Source: Gemmatimonadales bacterium (GTDB lineage: Bacteria; Gemmatimonadota; Gemmatimonadetes; Gemmatimonadales; GWC2-71-9). From it: DNA of 23,533 nucleotides. Made by a program: the position numbers and the translations under genes. This document shows, piece by piece, positions 1 to 7,187 of this stretch; positions within the stretch are counted from its first letter, which is position 1; the number at the start of each line of letters is the position of its first letter. The notes below the pieces were generated by a model. The model worked only from the letters and a program-made list of their open reading frames with translations. It ran no database searches and was not told the DNA's origin. The DNA is taken from the NCBI GenBank assembly GCA_041577295.1, contig JBFGJG010000058.1:1-23533 (forward strand), read 5' to 3'.

Positions 1-2718
1 GCGGGCGGGCCGCCCGGCCTCCGCGTGCTCGATCTCGCGACGAATCAAACCGAGAAACCGTGCCAACGCGTTGGTCGGAGCGACGATGAGACGTTTGAAC
101 TCGGCCTGTGGGGGCCGTGAGGATCCGGTGAGCTCATTGAACAACGCCTGCAGGTCGGCACCAATCTCGTCGTGCGAGGTGAACAGGCCGAGATCGGTGT
201 ACACCTTTGCCGTGGTCCGGTTGTAATTACCGCTCCCGATGTGCGAGTAGCGCTTGACACCCTGTTCGCCTCGCCGGATGACGAGCGCGATCTTGGCGTG
301 CGTCTTGTACCGCACGAGCCCGGTGACCACGTGAATGCCGGCCCGCTCGAGCTTCCGCGCCCACACGATGTTCTGCTGCTCGTCGAAGCGCGCCTTGAGC
401 TCGACGAATACCGACACTTGTTTGCCAGCGGCTGCCGCACGATGCAACGCGTCGCTGATCACCGACGGCCGGCCGGGTCGGTATAAGGTGAGCTTGATCG
501 CCACCACATCCGGGTCATCGGCCGCCTCCTCGAGCAGCCGCTCGAAGGTCGTGTCGAACGCGTCGTACGGATGGTGGACGAGCACGTCTTTTTCGTCGAG
601 CACGTCGAAGATCGATCGCTCCGCCGGGATTGGATTACGCGGTGTAAACGGGGAATAGTCCAACTCTGGGGCGTCGACGCTGATGTCTTTGAGCGAGCCG
701 AGGTTCACCAGTCCGTCGCACTCGTGCATCTCTGGGGTCCCGAGAATACTGTGCTCGGCGGTATCCTCGGCTCGCAGCTCACGGTCGAGCCGGTCGCGAA
801 TCGCCTGCGGCATGCTCCGCTCCAACTCGACCCGCACCACCGGGGCCCGCCCGCGGCGATTGACCTCTTCCTCGATCGCCTGGGTCAAGTCCGCGGTTTG
901 CGTCTCATCGAGCGCCAGATCTCCCAACCGTGTTACCCGGAACGAGTGTGCACACTCGACCCGCCGCCCCGGGTGGATCATGGCGGCGTTCGCACGCACG
1001 ACTTCCTCGAGCGGCACGAATTGGCGGGTCTGTCCCACGCGCACGAGTTGTGGCACGTGGCTCGGCAAGGTGAGATCCACGAAGTGCGACCGCTTGGTCT
1101 GCGGGTCCTTCACCATGACGGCCATCGAAAGCGAGAGGCTGTCGATCAGTGGAAACGGATGACCCGGAGCCAGCGTGATGGCCTTGGGGGTGAGGAGCGG
1201 CAGCAGCTCGACCTCGAAGTAGTCCTGCAGCTCGGTCTGTTCCTCAGGTTGCAGATCTCCCCATTTGCGAAGGGCGATCCCCGCGCGCGGCAGGTCGTTC
1301 GCCACCAGGTTGTTGAAACAGCGACGCTGCCGATCGAGCAACGCCTGGATGCGGATGGTGATAGCGTGCAGCTGTTCCTCGGGTGAGAGGCCGTCGAGTG
1401 ATGCTTTCTCTTTTCCCACGGCGACCGCGCGCTTCAGGCCGCCAACCCGGATCATGAAGAACTCGTCGAGGTTGGAGCTGAAGATCGAGAGGAAGCGTAG
1501 CCGCGCGATCAGCGGAATCCCTGGATCCTCGGCAAGCGCGAGCACCCGTGCGTTGAACTCCAGTTGACCGAGCTGGATGTTGAGGAACTGATCGGGCGTC
1601 CCGTGTTCTGCCTTGCGAGCGCCCTTTGGGAGCTTGACCGCGGCCAGCGAAATGAAGCTCATCCGTTGGGCTGTGACGTCAGGCGGGGGGGCCGCGACAT
1701 CGCTCGCCGGCGCCGCTGCCGTCCACTCGGGCAAGGCCTCCGAGCGTCCTGCCACGGCGAGCGCGGCGAGGGTGCGCGGATCTCTGAGCACGGGTGAACC
1801 CGCGCGAGCCACCACCTCGCTCGGGGCGAACCACTCGAGACGCCTGTTGGACGACCCCTGCCGCACGCGACGCGCCACCCACACCTCGAGCGGAGGCCGC
1901 GTCCCCGTCGGGCGCACCAGGCCGAGCTGCGCGAGCTTGCCTTCTGGGCTCCCTATGGCGTCGCGTAAAAGTTCACGGCACGCAGATTCACCGCTGCCCT
2001 TGCGGATGGGCAGCCGGAAGTCGGCGTCCTCACGCTCCAGTGCGACGCGGTCATCGTCCACGATGAGAATCGCCACCTCGCGATCCTGTTGCACCGTTTC
2101 CGCCAGCCGCTTGGTCTCGAGCGTATCCATGATGCGCTCCGCCCGCGTGAGGCGGTCGTCCAGCAGAGATCGTAACCCGAGTTCCTGGGTCAGCGCGTCG
2201 CCGATCTTTTCGAGGGGCATGAGCGCGGCGGGTCGCGGCCTGAGCACGATCTCGTGCAGGAAATGCGACGTGCCTTCACTGCGAACGGTGACCACATCTG
2301 CTATCACATCGAGCCGCGCCCACGGCAACCACCGCCGAGACGCGTGCCGGGTCCTGCGATGCACCTCGAGCTCTAGTCGCGGCGTAAGGCGCGTCGGATC
2401 CGTGAGCGCCTGCAGCTGCCTGGCGGGTGCTGAGTCGCCGGCAAGAGCCGGTTCACGATCCTCGTTGCCCACCTCGGCCTCTACACGTCGTCCGTCGCGG
2501 TAGGTCAGCGTGACAAACCGCTGACCGTCAGTGCTGATGCGGAAACGGCAAGTCACACCGCGCGTTCGCAGTGCCTGATCCGCCGTATCGAGGTAGATGT
2601 CGCGATAGAAGTGCTCGCGCACGGGCCCACAGCGGAGACCGAGCGGGAGTGGGCCGTTACAGAGTCGATCGAGCGTCTCCTTATCGGAGGCGGCGAAGCG
2701 AAGCTCGGAGGGCGGCAC
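1..2718 (-). CDS. ppk1: Polyphosphate kinase 1 with N-terminal CYTH-like and Nudix-like extension (paralog A); 3' end truncated by window edge
   Basis: Hand translation of the minus strand is open from GTG at 2718 (in-frame TGA just upstream at 2725-2727) to base 1, giving 906 codons. PPK1 motifs: LEFNARVLALAED, RLRFLSIFSSNLDEFFMIRVGGL, PGHPFP, FRVTR, DVLVHHPYDAF, IKLTLYR, VELKARFDEQQNI, YKTHAK (autophosphorylated His), YSHIGSGNYN. Not listed in the ORF track. Confidence 0.93.
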   Translation of the reverse strand, partial: MPPSELRFAASDKETLDRLCNGPLPLGLRCGPVREHFYRDIYLDTADQALRTRGVTCRFRISTDGQRFVTLTYRDGRRVEAEVGNEDREPALAGDSAPARQLQALTDPTRLTPRLELEVHRRTRHASRRWLPWARLDVIADVVTVRSEGTSHFLHEIVLRPRPAALMPLEKIGDALTQELGLRSLLDDRLTRAERIMDTLETKRLAETVQQDREVAILIVDDDRVALEREDADFRLPIRKGSGESACRELLRDAIGSPEGKLAQLGLVRPTGTRPPLEVWVARRVRQGSSNRRLEWFAPSEVVARAGSPVLRDPRTLAALAVAGRSEALPEWTAAAPASDVAAPPPDVTAQRMSFISLAAVKLPKGARKAEHGTPDQFLNIQLGQLEFNARVLALAEDPGIPLIARLRFLSIFSSNLDEFFMIRVGGLKRAVAVGKEKASLDGLSPEEQLHAITIRIQALLDRQRRCFNNLVANDLPRAGIALRKWGDLQPEEQTELQDYFEVELLPLLTPKAITLAPGHPFPLIDSLSLSMAVMVKDPQTKRSHFVDLTLPSHVPQLVRVGQTRQFVPLEEVVRANAAMIHPGRRVECAHSFRVTRLGDLALDETQTADLTQAIEEEVNRRGRAPVVRVELERSMPQAIRDRLDRELRAEDTAEHSILGTPEMHECDGLVNLGSLKDISVDAPELDYSPFTPRNPIPAERSIFDVLDEKDVLVHHPYDAFDTTFERLLEEAADDPDVVAIKLTLYRPGRPSVISDALHRAAAAGKQVSVFVELKARFDEQQNIVWARKLERAGIHVVTGLVRYKTHAKIALVIRRGEQGVKRYSHIGSGNYNRTTAKVYTDLGLFTSHDEIGADLQALFNELTGSSRPPQAEFKRLIVAPTNALARFLGLIRREIEHAEAGRPAR

Positions 2719-2757
2719 CCTAGCTCAGGCCCTCAACGAGGGGGCCATGCGTTTGCC

Positions 2758-3840
2758 TCATTGTCTGCGGCACTCGTCGAGAATCTCCCGCTTGAATTTC
2801 TTGTCGTCTTCCATGATCTCGTAGAAATCATCGAAGTATTCGATTGTCTTCTCCAGCACCTTGGGATCGAGACCCTCGAGATTGCGGTACAGAGCGTAGA
2901 TCTCCTCCTTGTGCTCGATCAAGTCCTGGCGAGCTTGCTGGAAGAACTCCTCGGGTCGGCAGAATCCCCGGAAGAGCCGTTCCCGTACCGAGCGAATGTT
3001 CAGCTTCGCATCTGGCCGTGCGTATCGAGTGGAGATTGCCCCCGCCCAATCGAAATCATACGGAACCGCGACCGGCTCGTAGTCAGGGCACATCATCAGC
3101 TTCACGTTGTGTAGGTAGGCGATCGACCAATCCGTGTTCCCCATGAGGTACTGAAACAGCGCCATCAGGGTCGTTTCCTGTGGGGAAAACTCGAGCGGGT
3201 GCGCCTGCAACTCGATAGCCTGACATCCCGTCCGAGCGGCCATCATGTCGTGATCCTCAATGATAAACGCGTACTTCGTGAGCGGCTCCCGCTCGGCCTT
3301 CTCATCGATGTATGTGATTCGGGCCAACCGAGTCTGAAAGCTTCGCTCTGTCAGCAGTTCGTAAACGCGGTAGATGAGGTATTCCTGGAGAACGTACTGC
3401 TCGTATTCGTCTTTGTTGTCCTGACAGTGCGTGACCAGTTTGAGGTCTCCCTGACCGGCGAACAGCGTTTCGGCAACACCAGAATCGGGTATCTCCAGCC
3501 GGATCGGCGGAAAGTTGCAGTTCCTCCGCTGCCGCCGGAAGTTGCCGCGCGTCTCCACCTCGATGTCCAGCGTAACCGAGTCACCCATCGCGTTGACGTA
3601 GGTGAGCCGAGCGGGGTGATCCTCGTTTTCGTCTTCGATGTCCCTGACGAGCTTCTTGAGATCCGGGACCGCCAGGCGCATCTGGAGGAGATCTCGTGCC
3701 CCAAACAAGGGCTGGGCCGGTGCCGGAGACGTGGCGCTGGTATCCGCGTCAGGAGGGGGCACGCTAGAGACTTGTTGGGCTACGAGTTCGAAGCCCGCCG
3801 CCAAAACGGCAACGAGTGTCAGGGCAAGAGCGCGTCGCAT
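2758..3840 (-). CDS. Exported protein with CotH-like atypical kinase motifs
   Basis: ORF 2758..3885. Preferred ATG at 3840 has GGAGG upstream and starts a signal peptide (MRRALALTLVAVLAAGFELVAQQ). Motifs ETRGNFRR, LKLVTHC, QEYLIYRVY, YLMGNTDW, HNVKL and PYDFDWAG follow the order seen in CotH-type kinases. Confidence 0.65.
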   Translation of the reverse strand: MRRALALTLVAVLAAGFELVAQQVSSVPPPDADTSATSPAPAQPLFGARDLLQMRLAVPDLKKLVRDIEDENEDHPARLTYVNAMGDSVTLDIEVETRGNFRRQRRNCNFPPIRLEIPDSGVAETLFAGQGDLKLVTHCQDNKDEYEQYVLQEYLIYRVYELLTERSFQTRLARITYIDEKAEREPLTKYAFIIEDHDMMAARTGCQAIELQAHPLEFSPQETTLMALFQYLMGNTDWSIAYLHNVKLMMCPDYEPVAVPYDFDWAGAISTRYARPDAKLNIRSVRERLFRGFCRPEEFFQQARQDLIEHKEEIYALYRNLEGLDPKVLEKTIEYFDDFYEIMEDDKKFKREILDECRRQ

Positions 3841-3901
3841 CGCGGCCTCCGCGGTTCTGTTCTGGAATCCGCGCCAAGGTAACACGGGGCGGGCATGTTT
3901 C

Positions 3902-3928
3902 GGTCAACACCGGTCACGCCGAGGTCAA
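3902..3928. promoter_or_regulatory. Three GGTCA direct repeats at 10-11 bp spacing (possible OmpR/PhoB-type binding site)
   Basis: GGTCAA at 3902, GGTCAC at 3912 and GGTCAA at 3923. They lie upstream of the CotH-like/ppk1 unit and next to an extended -10-like TGtTACCTT on the minus strand (3884-3876). Confidence 0.3.
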
Positions 3929-4030
3929 CCACACACGTAACCTCAGCCGTTATTGAAGTTACGGGTGGAAGCCGCGAGGGGCTAGGAGGGCTGCCGAGCC
4001 GTGGCCCCGGGCGGCAACGTGCCCACCCCG

Positions 4031-4462
4031 TCACGGTTGTGCGACGGTGAACTTCACCGTATCAGACGCCATCGGGCTCAGGGGAACGTGCGCCCAATCG
4101 GCCAGCAGCGCGATCACGGTGTGCTCCCCAGGCTCCAGTCCCGAGATCGTGAATTCCGTCTGCGCGCGGCCGAGGTGAATAATACCAGCGACGCCGGCGG
4201 GGATCGTGTCGGTTGCCGGCGTAAGTGGACGGTCGATGAACAGATGGTGATGTGCTGTTCCTGAACGCTCCTCGCTCGCCGGCGCAATCTCCACCCCGCT
4301 CGCAGTGAGCGTCACACGGACGTCCCCGGGTGGAAGCGCGGCCCCGTCCGCGGGTTGCACGATCGAAACGGTTACGGGCTCCGCCTGCTCGCCGCATCCC
4401 GTGAACATGGGCAGAGCCACCGCCAACACCAAGGCGGTTCGAGAACGGACGATGTTTCGCAC
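4031..4462 (-). CDS. DUF4399-domain lipoprotein
   Basis: GGAGG before the GTG start, lipobox-like FTGC, and motifs GTAHHHLFID, IIHLGRAQTE and LEPGEHTVIALLAD..HVP typical of DUF4399. Confidence 0.8.
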   Translation of the reverse strand: MRNIVRSRTALVLAVALPMFTGCGEQAEPVTVSIVQPADGAALPPGDVRVTLTASGVEIAPASEERSGTAHHHLFIDRPLTPATDTIPAGVAGIIHLGRAQTEFTISGLEPGEHTVIALLADWAHVPLSPMASDTVKFTVAQP

Positions 4463-4488
4463 CGATGGCCTCCGTCGAAGTGGAAGGT

Positions 4489-5427
4489 TCAGGCGCTGTG
4501 CAAGGCGCTCGCCGCCGCGCCGACCGTCGCACAGTGGATGGCGATCGTGTCATCGAGACGGCGTGCGTACCCCCCCGCGAGCACCACCGCCGTCGCGGCC
4601 CCGCGATCCCGCCCACACTGCAAGACGAACTCATCCCTCGCCTGAAGTCCTTCCATGGTAAGGGCCAGTCCACCCAACTGATCCTCCCGGTACGGATCAG
4701 CGCCCGCCAGATAGAAGACGAGATCCGGCCGGTGCTGTGTGAGGACCAGGTCGAGCTGCCGCTCGAGGATTTCGAGGTACTCGGCGTCACCGGTTCCGTT
4801 GGCCAGACCGACGTCGAGGTCGCTCGGGGGCTTCCACGCCGGGTAGTTCGCAAGCTGATGGATGGAGAACGTAAAGACCTCAGGCTCGTTTGCGAACACT
4901 GCGGCTGTTCCATTCCCATGGTGGACGTCGCAGTCGATCACCGCGGCGCGCCCCACGCGTCCCTCGTGACGTAGCACCTGAATCGCGATCGCCACGTCGT
5001 TGATGAGGCAAAATCCCTCTCCGTGGTCGGGGAACGCGTGGTGAAATCCTCCACCCAGGTGCACGGCCACCCCGAGCTCGAGCGCGCGACGTGCCGTGAG
5101 GATCGAACCGCCGGCGCACAGCCACGACGCGTCCCGCAACGCAATCGAGAACGGTACTTCGAGGCGCAGATCGTCCGCCACTGTCCACGGACCACTCTTG
5201 ATCTTCGAAATGTATTCCGATGTGTGGACCAGACCGACTTGCTGGTCGTCGGCAGGTCCCGGATGTTCGATCCCCCCGGCATCGATCACACCCTCCCGCA
5301 CCAGCCGATCGCGAACCAGGCGGTACTTCACCGTGGGAAACACGTGCGCACCGATGTCGACTTCGTACGCTTCATGCCAGATGATCGGGAGCGGGGATGG
5401 GGGAGTGGGGAGTGCATGCCGGTCCAT
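4489..5427 (-). CDS. Zn-dependent histone deacetylase-family (AcuC/AphA/HDAC) protein
   Basis: HVFP..KY, GGGFHHA, GEGFC, DCDVHHGNGT, AGADPY..D.LG and LAGGY motifs. Start is uncertain (5427 chosen; 5451 and 5475 lie in low-complexity repeat). Confidence 0.92.
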   Translation of the reverse strand: MDRHALPTPPSPLPIIWHEAYEVDIGAHVFPTVKYRLVRDRLVREGVIDAGGIEHPGPADDQQVGLVHTSEYISKIKSGPWTVADDLRLEVPFSIALRDASWLCAGGSILTARRALELGVAVHLGGGFHHAFPDHGEGFCLINDVAIAIQVLRHEGRVGRAAVIDCDVHHGNGTAAVFANEPEVFTFSIHQLANYPAWKPPSDLDVGLANGTGDAEYLEILERQLDLVLTQHRPDLVFYLAGADPYREDQLGGLALTMEGLQARDEFVLQCGRDRGAATAVVLAGGYARRLDDTIAIHCATVGAAASALHSA

Positions 5428-5638
5428 CCGTTCTTCCTTCCGTCCTTCCATCAGTCCGCCCTCACATCCTTCCATGACTTTATGCGACCGCCGTCCGCCC
5501 GTCCCTGCCCACCGTGAGCCAGATCACCGCCGTAATTTGAGCGCCGGATATAGTGATCGGCTAGCGAGCGCTGAACCCGGGGTTCTCGGGGGATGGGCGA
5601 AGCGACTTTCAGGGACACGAGAACGAGGTTCAAGAGGC

Positions 5639-5667
5639 TTCACTCTGACGGCATGTGGCGTTATCAT
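5639..5667 (+). promoter_or_regulatory. Candidate sigma70 promoter for the OmpA-family gene
   Basis: TTCACT-N17-TATCAT in the divergent intergenic region. Confidence 0.3.
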
Positions 5668-5822
5668 AGCCACCGCTTCAGATGGGGGCCTTTGGCGTCC
5701 GTTTCGGTACGGTGTCGCGTCGGAACGGCTAAGTGGTTAGGTTAGTGGGAGTTACACAAGTGGTTTTCCAGGCGACCGGAATGACACCACGGAACCGCCG
5801 AATTTCCGAAGGAGGAAGGACA

Positions 5823-6482
5823 ATGCAAAAAGCCGCCTTTATGGGGGCGATCGGACTGGCTGTCGTCGCGGCAGGCTGCGGCGTGAAACAGGACGCGGTG
5901 GATCAGCAGATGGCCAACATGCGGGAGGAGATGCGCTCCGAGATGCAGGCTGGTGATCAGCAGGTTGCAGCCGACGCGGGGCGGAGGATCGACTCGCTCT
6001 CCCGTCGCGTGGGCGCACTCGAGCGTGATCTCGAGGCCTTCCGCCGCGAGTTCAACGCTCAGGTAACCCAGATGCAGGGCGCGCTCCGATTCAACGTGCC
6101 CGTGTACTTTGGGTATGACGACGCGACGGTCCGGGAACAGGACCGGCCAGTACTCGATCGGTTTTCACAGATCGTCCGTGACCACTATCAAGGCTCGATG
6201 ATCACGGTCGAGGGCTTCGCGGATCCCGCGGGCAGCGCCGCCTACAACCGCCGCCTCGGGATGCGCCGCGCTGAGTCGGTGAAGGCCTATCTCACGGGTG
6301 GCGGTCAGCTTCCGGCCGATCAGGTCCGTGCCGTGAGCTACGGTGAGGATCAAAACCGTCAGGTACGCCCCGGCGCGCGTGGTCCGGGTAACGCAGGCAT
6401 GGAAAACCGCCGCGTCGCGCTCGTGATCGATCACGCCGGCGATGCGGGTATGCGTGTGTCACAAGAACCCCAGGTTCCGTAA
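5823..6482 (+). CDS. OmpA-family (Pal-like) lipoprotein with N-terminal coiled coil
   Basis: Strong RBS (AAGGAGG) before ATG 5823 and lipobox AAGC. OmpA_C motifs VYFGYD, VEGFADPAGSAAYNRRLGMRRAESVKAYL, VSYGE and NRRV. Confidence 0.92.
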   Translation: MQKAAFMGAIGLAVVAAGCGVKQDAVDQQMANMREEMRSEMQAGDQQVAADAGRRIDSLSRRVGALERDLEAFRREFNAQVTQMQGALRFNVPVYFGYDDATVREQDRPVLDRFSQIVRDHYQGSMITVEGFADPAGSAAYNRRLGMRRAESVKAYLTGGGQLPADQVRAVSYGEDQNRQVRPGARGPGNAGMENRRVALVIDHAGDAGMRVSQEPQVP

Positions 6483-6521
6483 CCGCATCGACCCAACGCA
6501 GCGAGTCAGATCGAGAAGCAG

Positions 6522-6555
6522 ACCGCCCGGCCAGCTGGTCGGGCGGTTTTTCTTT
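6522..6555 (+). terminator. Rho-independent terminator
   Basis: ACCGCCCGGCC-agct-GGTCGGGCGGT stem-loop followed by TTTTCTTT, about 40 nt after the OmpA-family stop. Confidence 0.85.
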
Positions 6556-6579
6556 AGGGGGAGATAGGTGGGATTGGAA

Positions 6580-6696
6580 TCAGAACGGCCACCGCGAATC
6601 AAAGATCTCCGCGAGCAGGTGAAACCACGTCGCGAGCCAGATTCCAGGGGCGGCAAAGGAAAAGGCGACCGCCAAGAACCCCAGCAACCGCCTCAT
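6580..6696 (-). CDS. Putative small hydrophobic protein (38 aa)
   Basis: MRRLLGFLAVAFSFAAPGIWLATWFHLLAEIFDSRWPF*. Below the ORF-track cutoff. No well-spaced RBS. Confidence 0.35.
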   Translation of the reverse strand: MRRLLGFLAVAFSFAAPGIWLATWFHLLAEIFDSRWPF

Positions 6697-6724
6697 AGAT
6701 TACGCGTTGTACGCTACTCCGGCG

Positions 6725-6844
6725 CTAGCTCACCAATAGAAACCAGACAGCACCAATGACCCCGACCAGCGTGACGATCCCGACTATCGTCGCCACCACG
6801 AAGCCGATATCCGTAATACGGTTCAGAAAGTGCATACCTCGCAA
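6725..6844 (-). CDS. Putative single-pass small membrane protein (39 aa from TTG 6844, or 36 aa from ATG 6835)
   Basis: (MRG)MHFLNRITDIGFVVATIVGIVTLVGVIGAVWFLLVS*. GAGGAGG lies 6 nt before the TTG, and there is an uninterrupted hydrophobic run of about 25 residues. Confidence 0.6.
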   Translation of the reverse strand: MRGMHFLNRITDIGFVVATIVGIVTLVGVIGAVWFLLVS

Positions 6845-6896
6845 CGGCGTCCTCCTCAGCTAGCCGGTCGAAACATACGAATGCGGTCAACTAACG

Positions 6897-6912
6897 AGCA
6901 CGGCTTATGCCA
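6897..6912 (-). promoter_or_regulatory. Sigma54 (RpoN) -24/-12 promoter
   Basis: Minus strand reads TGGCATAAGCCGTGCT, with exact GG-N10-GC spacing against the consensus TGGCACG-N4-TTGCW. It points at the small ORFs. Confidence 0.6.
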
Positions 6913-6950
6913 TCCCCGTCGGTATCTGATCCGCTTCAAATGCGTCACCA

Positions 6951-6975
6951 TAACTAATTGCATTGCAATCGATTA
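6951..6975. promoter_or_regulatory. IHF-like AT-rich dyad
   Basis: TAA-CTAA-TTG-CATTG-CAA-TCGA-TTA, i.e. two inverted TAA-N4-TTG cores resembling the IHF consensus WATCAA-N4-TTR. Confidence 0.5.
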
Positions 6976-7019
6976 AACACACATGGTCTCGCGGAATTCT
7001 GGGACCAGAGCCACCTAGA

Positions 7020-7052
7020 TGTCGCGACAGTGTCGCATAGCTGTGGCATATC
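7020..7052. promoter_or_regulatory. 11-bp-period repeat, candidate upstream activator site
   Basis: TGTCGCGACAG / TGTCGCATAGC / TGTGGCATATC starting at 7020, 7031 and 7042. The first unit contains the palindrome TGTCGCGACA. Confidence 0.45.
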
Positions 7053-7187
7053 TTGCCGGCTCTCCCCACTACAGGTGCTGGCTCTCGCCTGCACTCGCCG
7101 TGTAGTAGCACGGGCCTCTGGCGTTCACTCGCTCCTGTGGGTGAGCGCTTCTATTATCAGCAGACTTCGCGAATGAAGAGGACGCAC

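Noticed and set aside
172..2503. Plus-strand ORFs of 271 and 296 aa and smaller ones
   Set aside because: They are antisense shadows of the minus-strand ppk1, have no motifs, and are expected at high GC.
7044..7056. TGGCATATCTTGC as a plus-strand sigma54 promoter
   Set aside because: The GG-to-GC spacing is 8 nt rather than the required 10.
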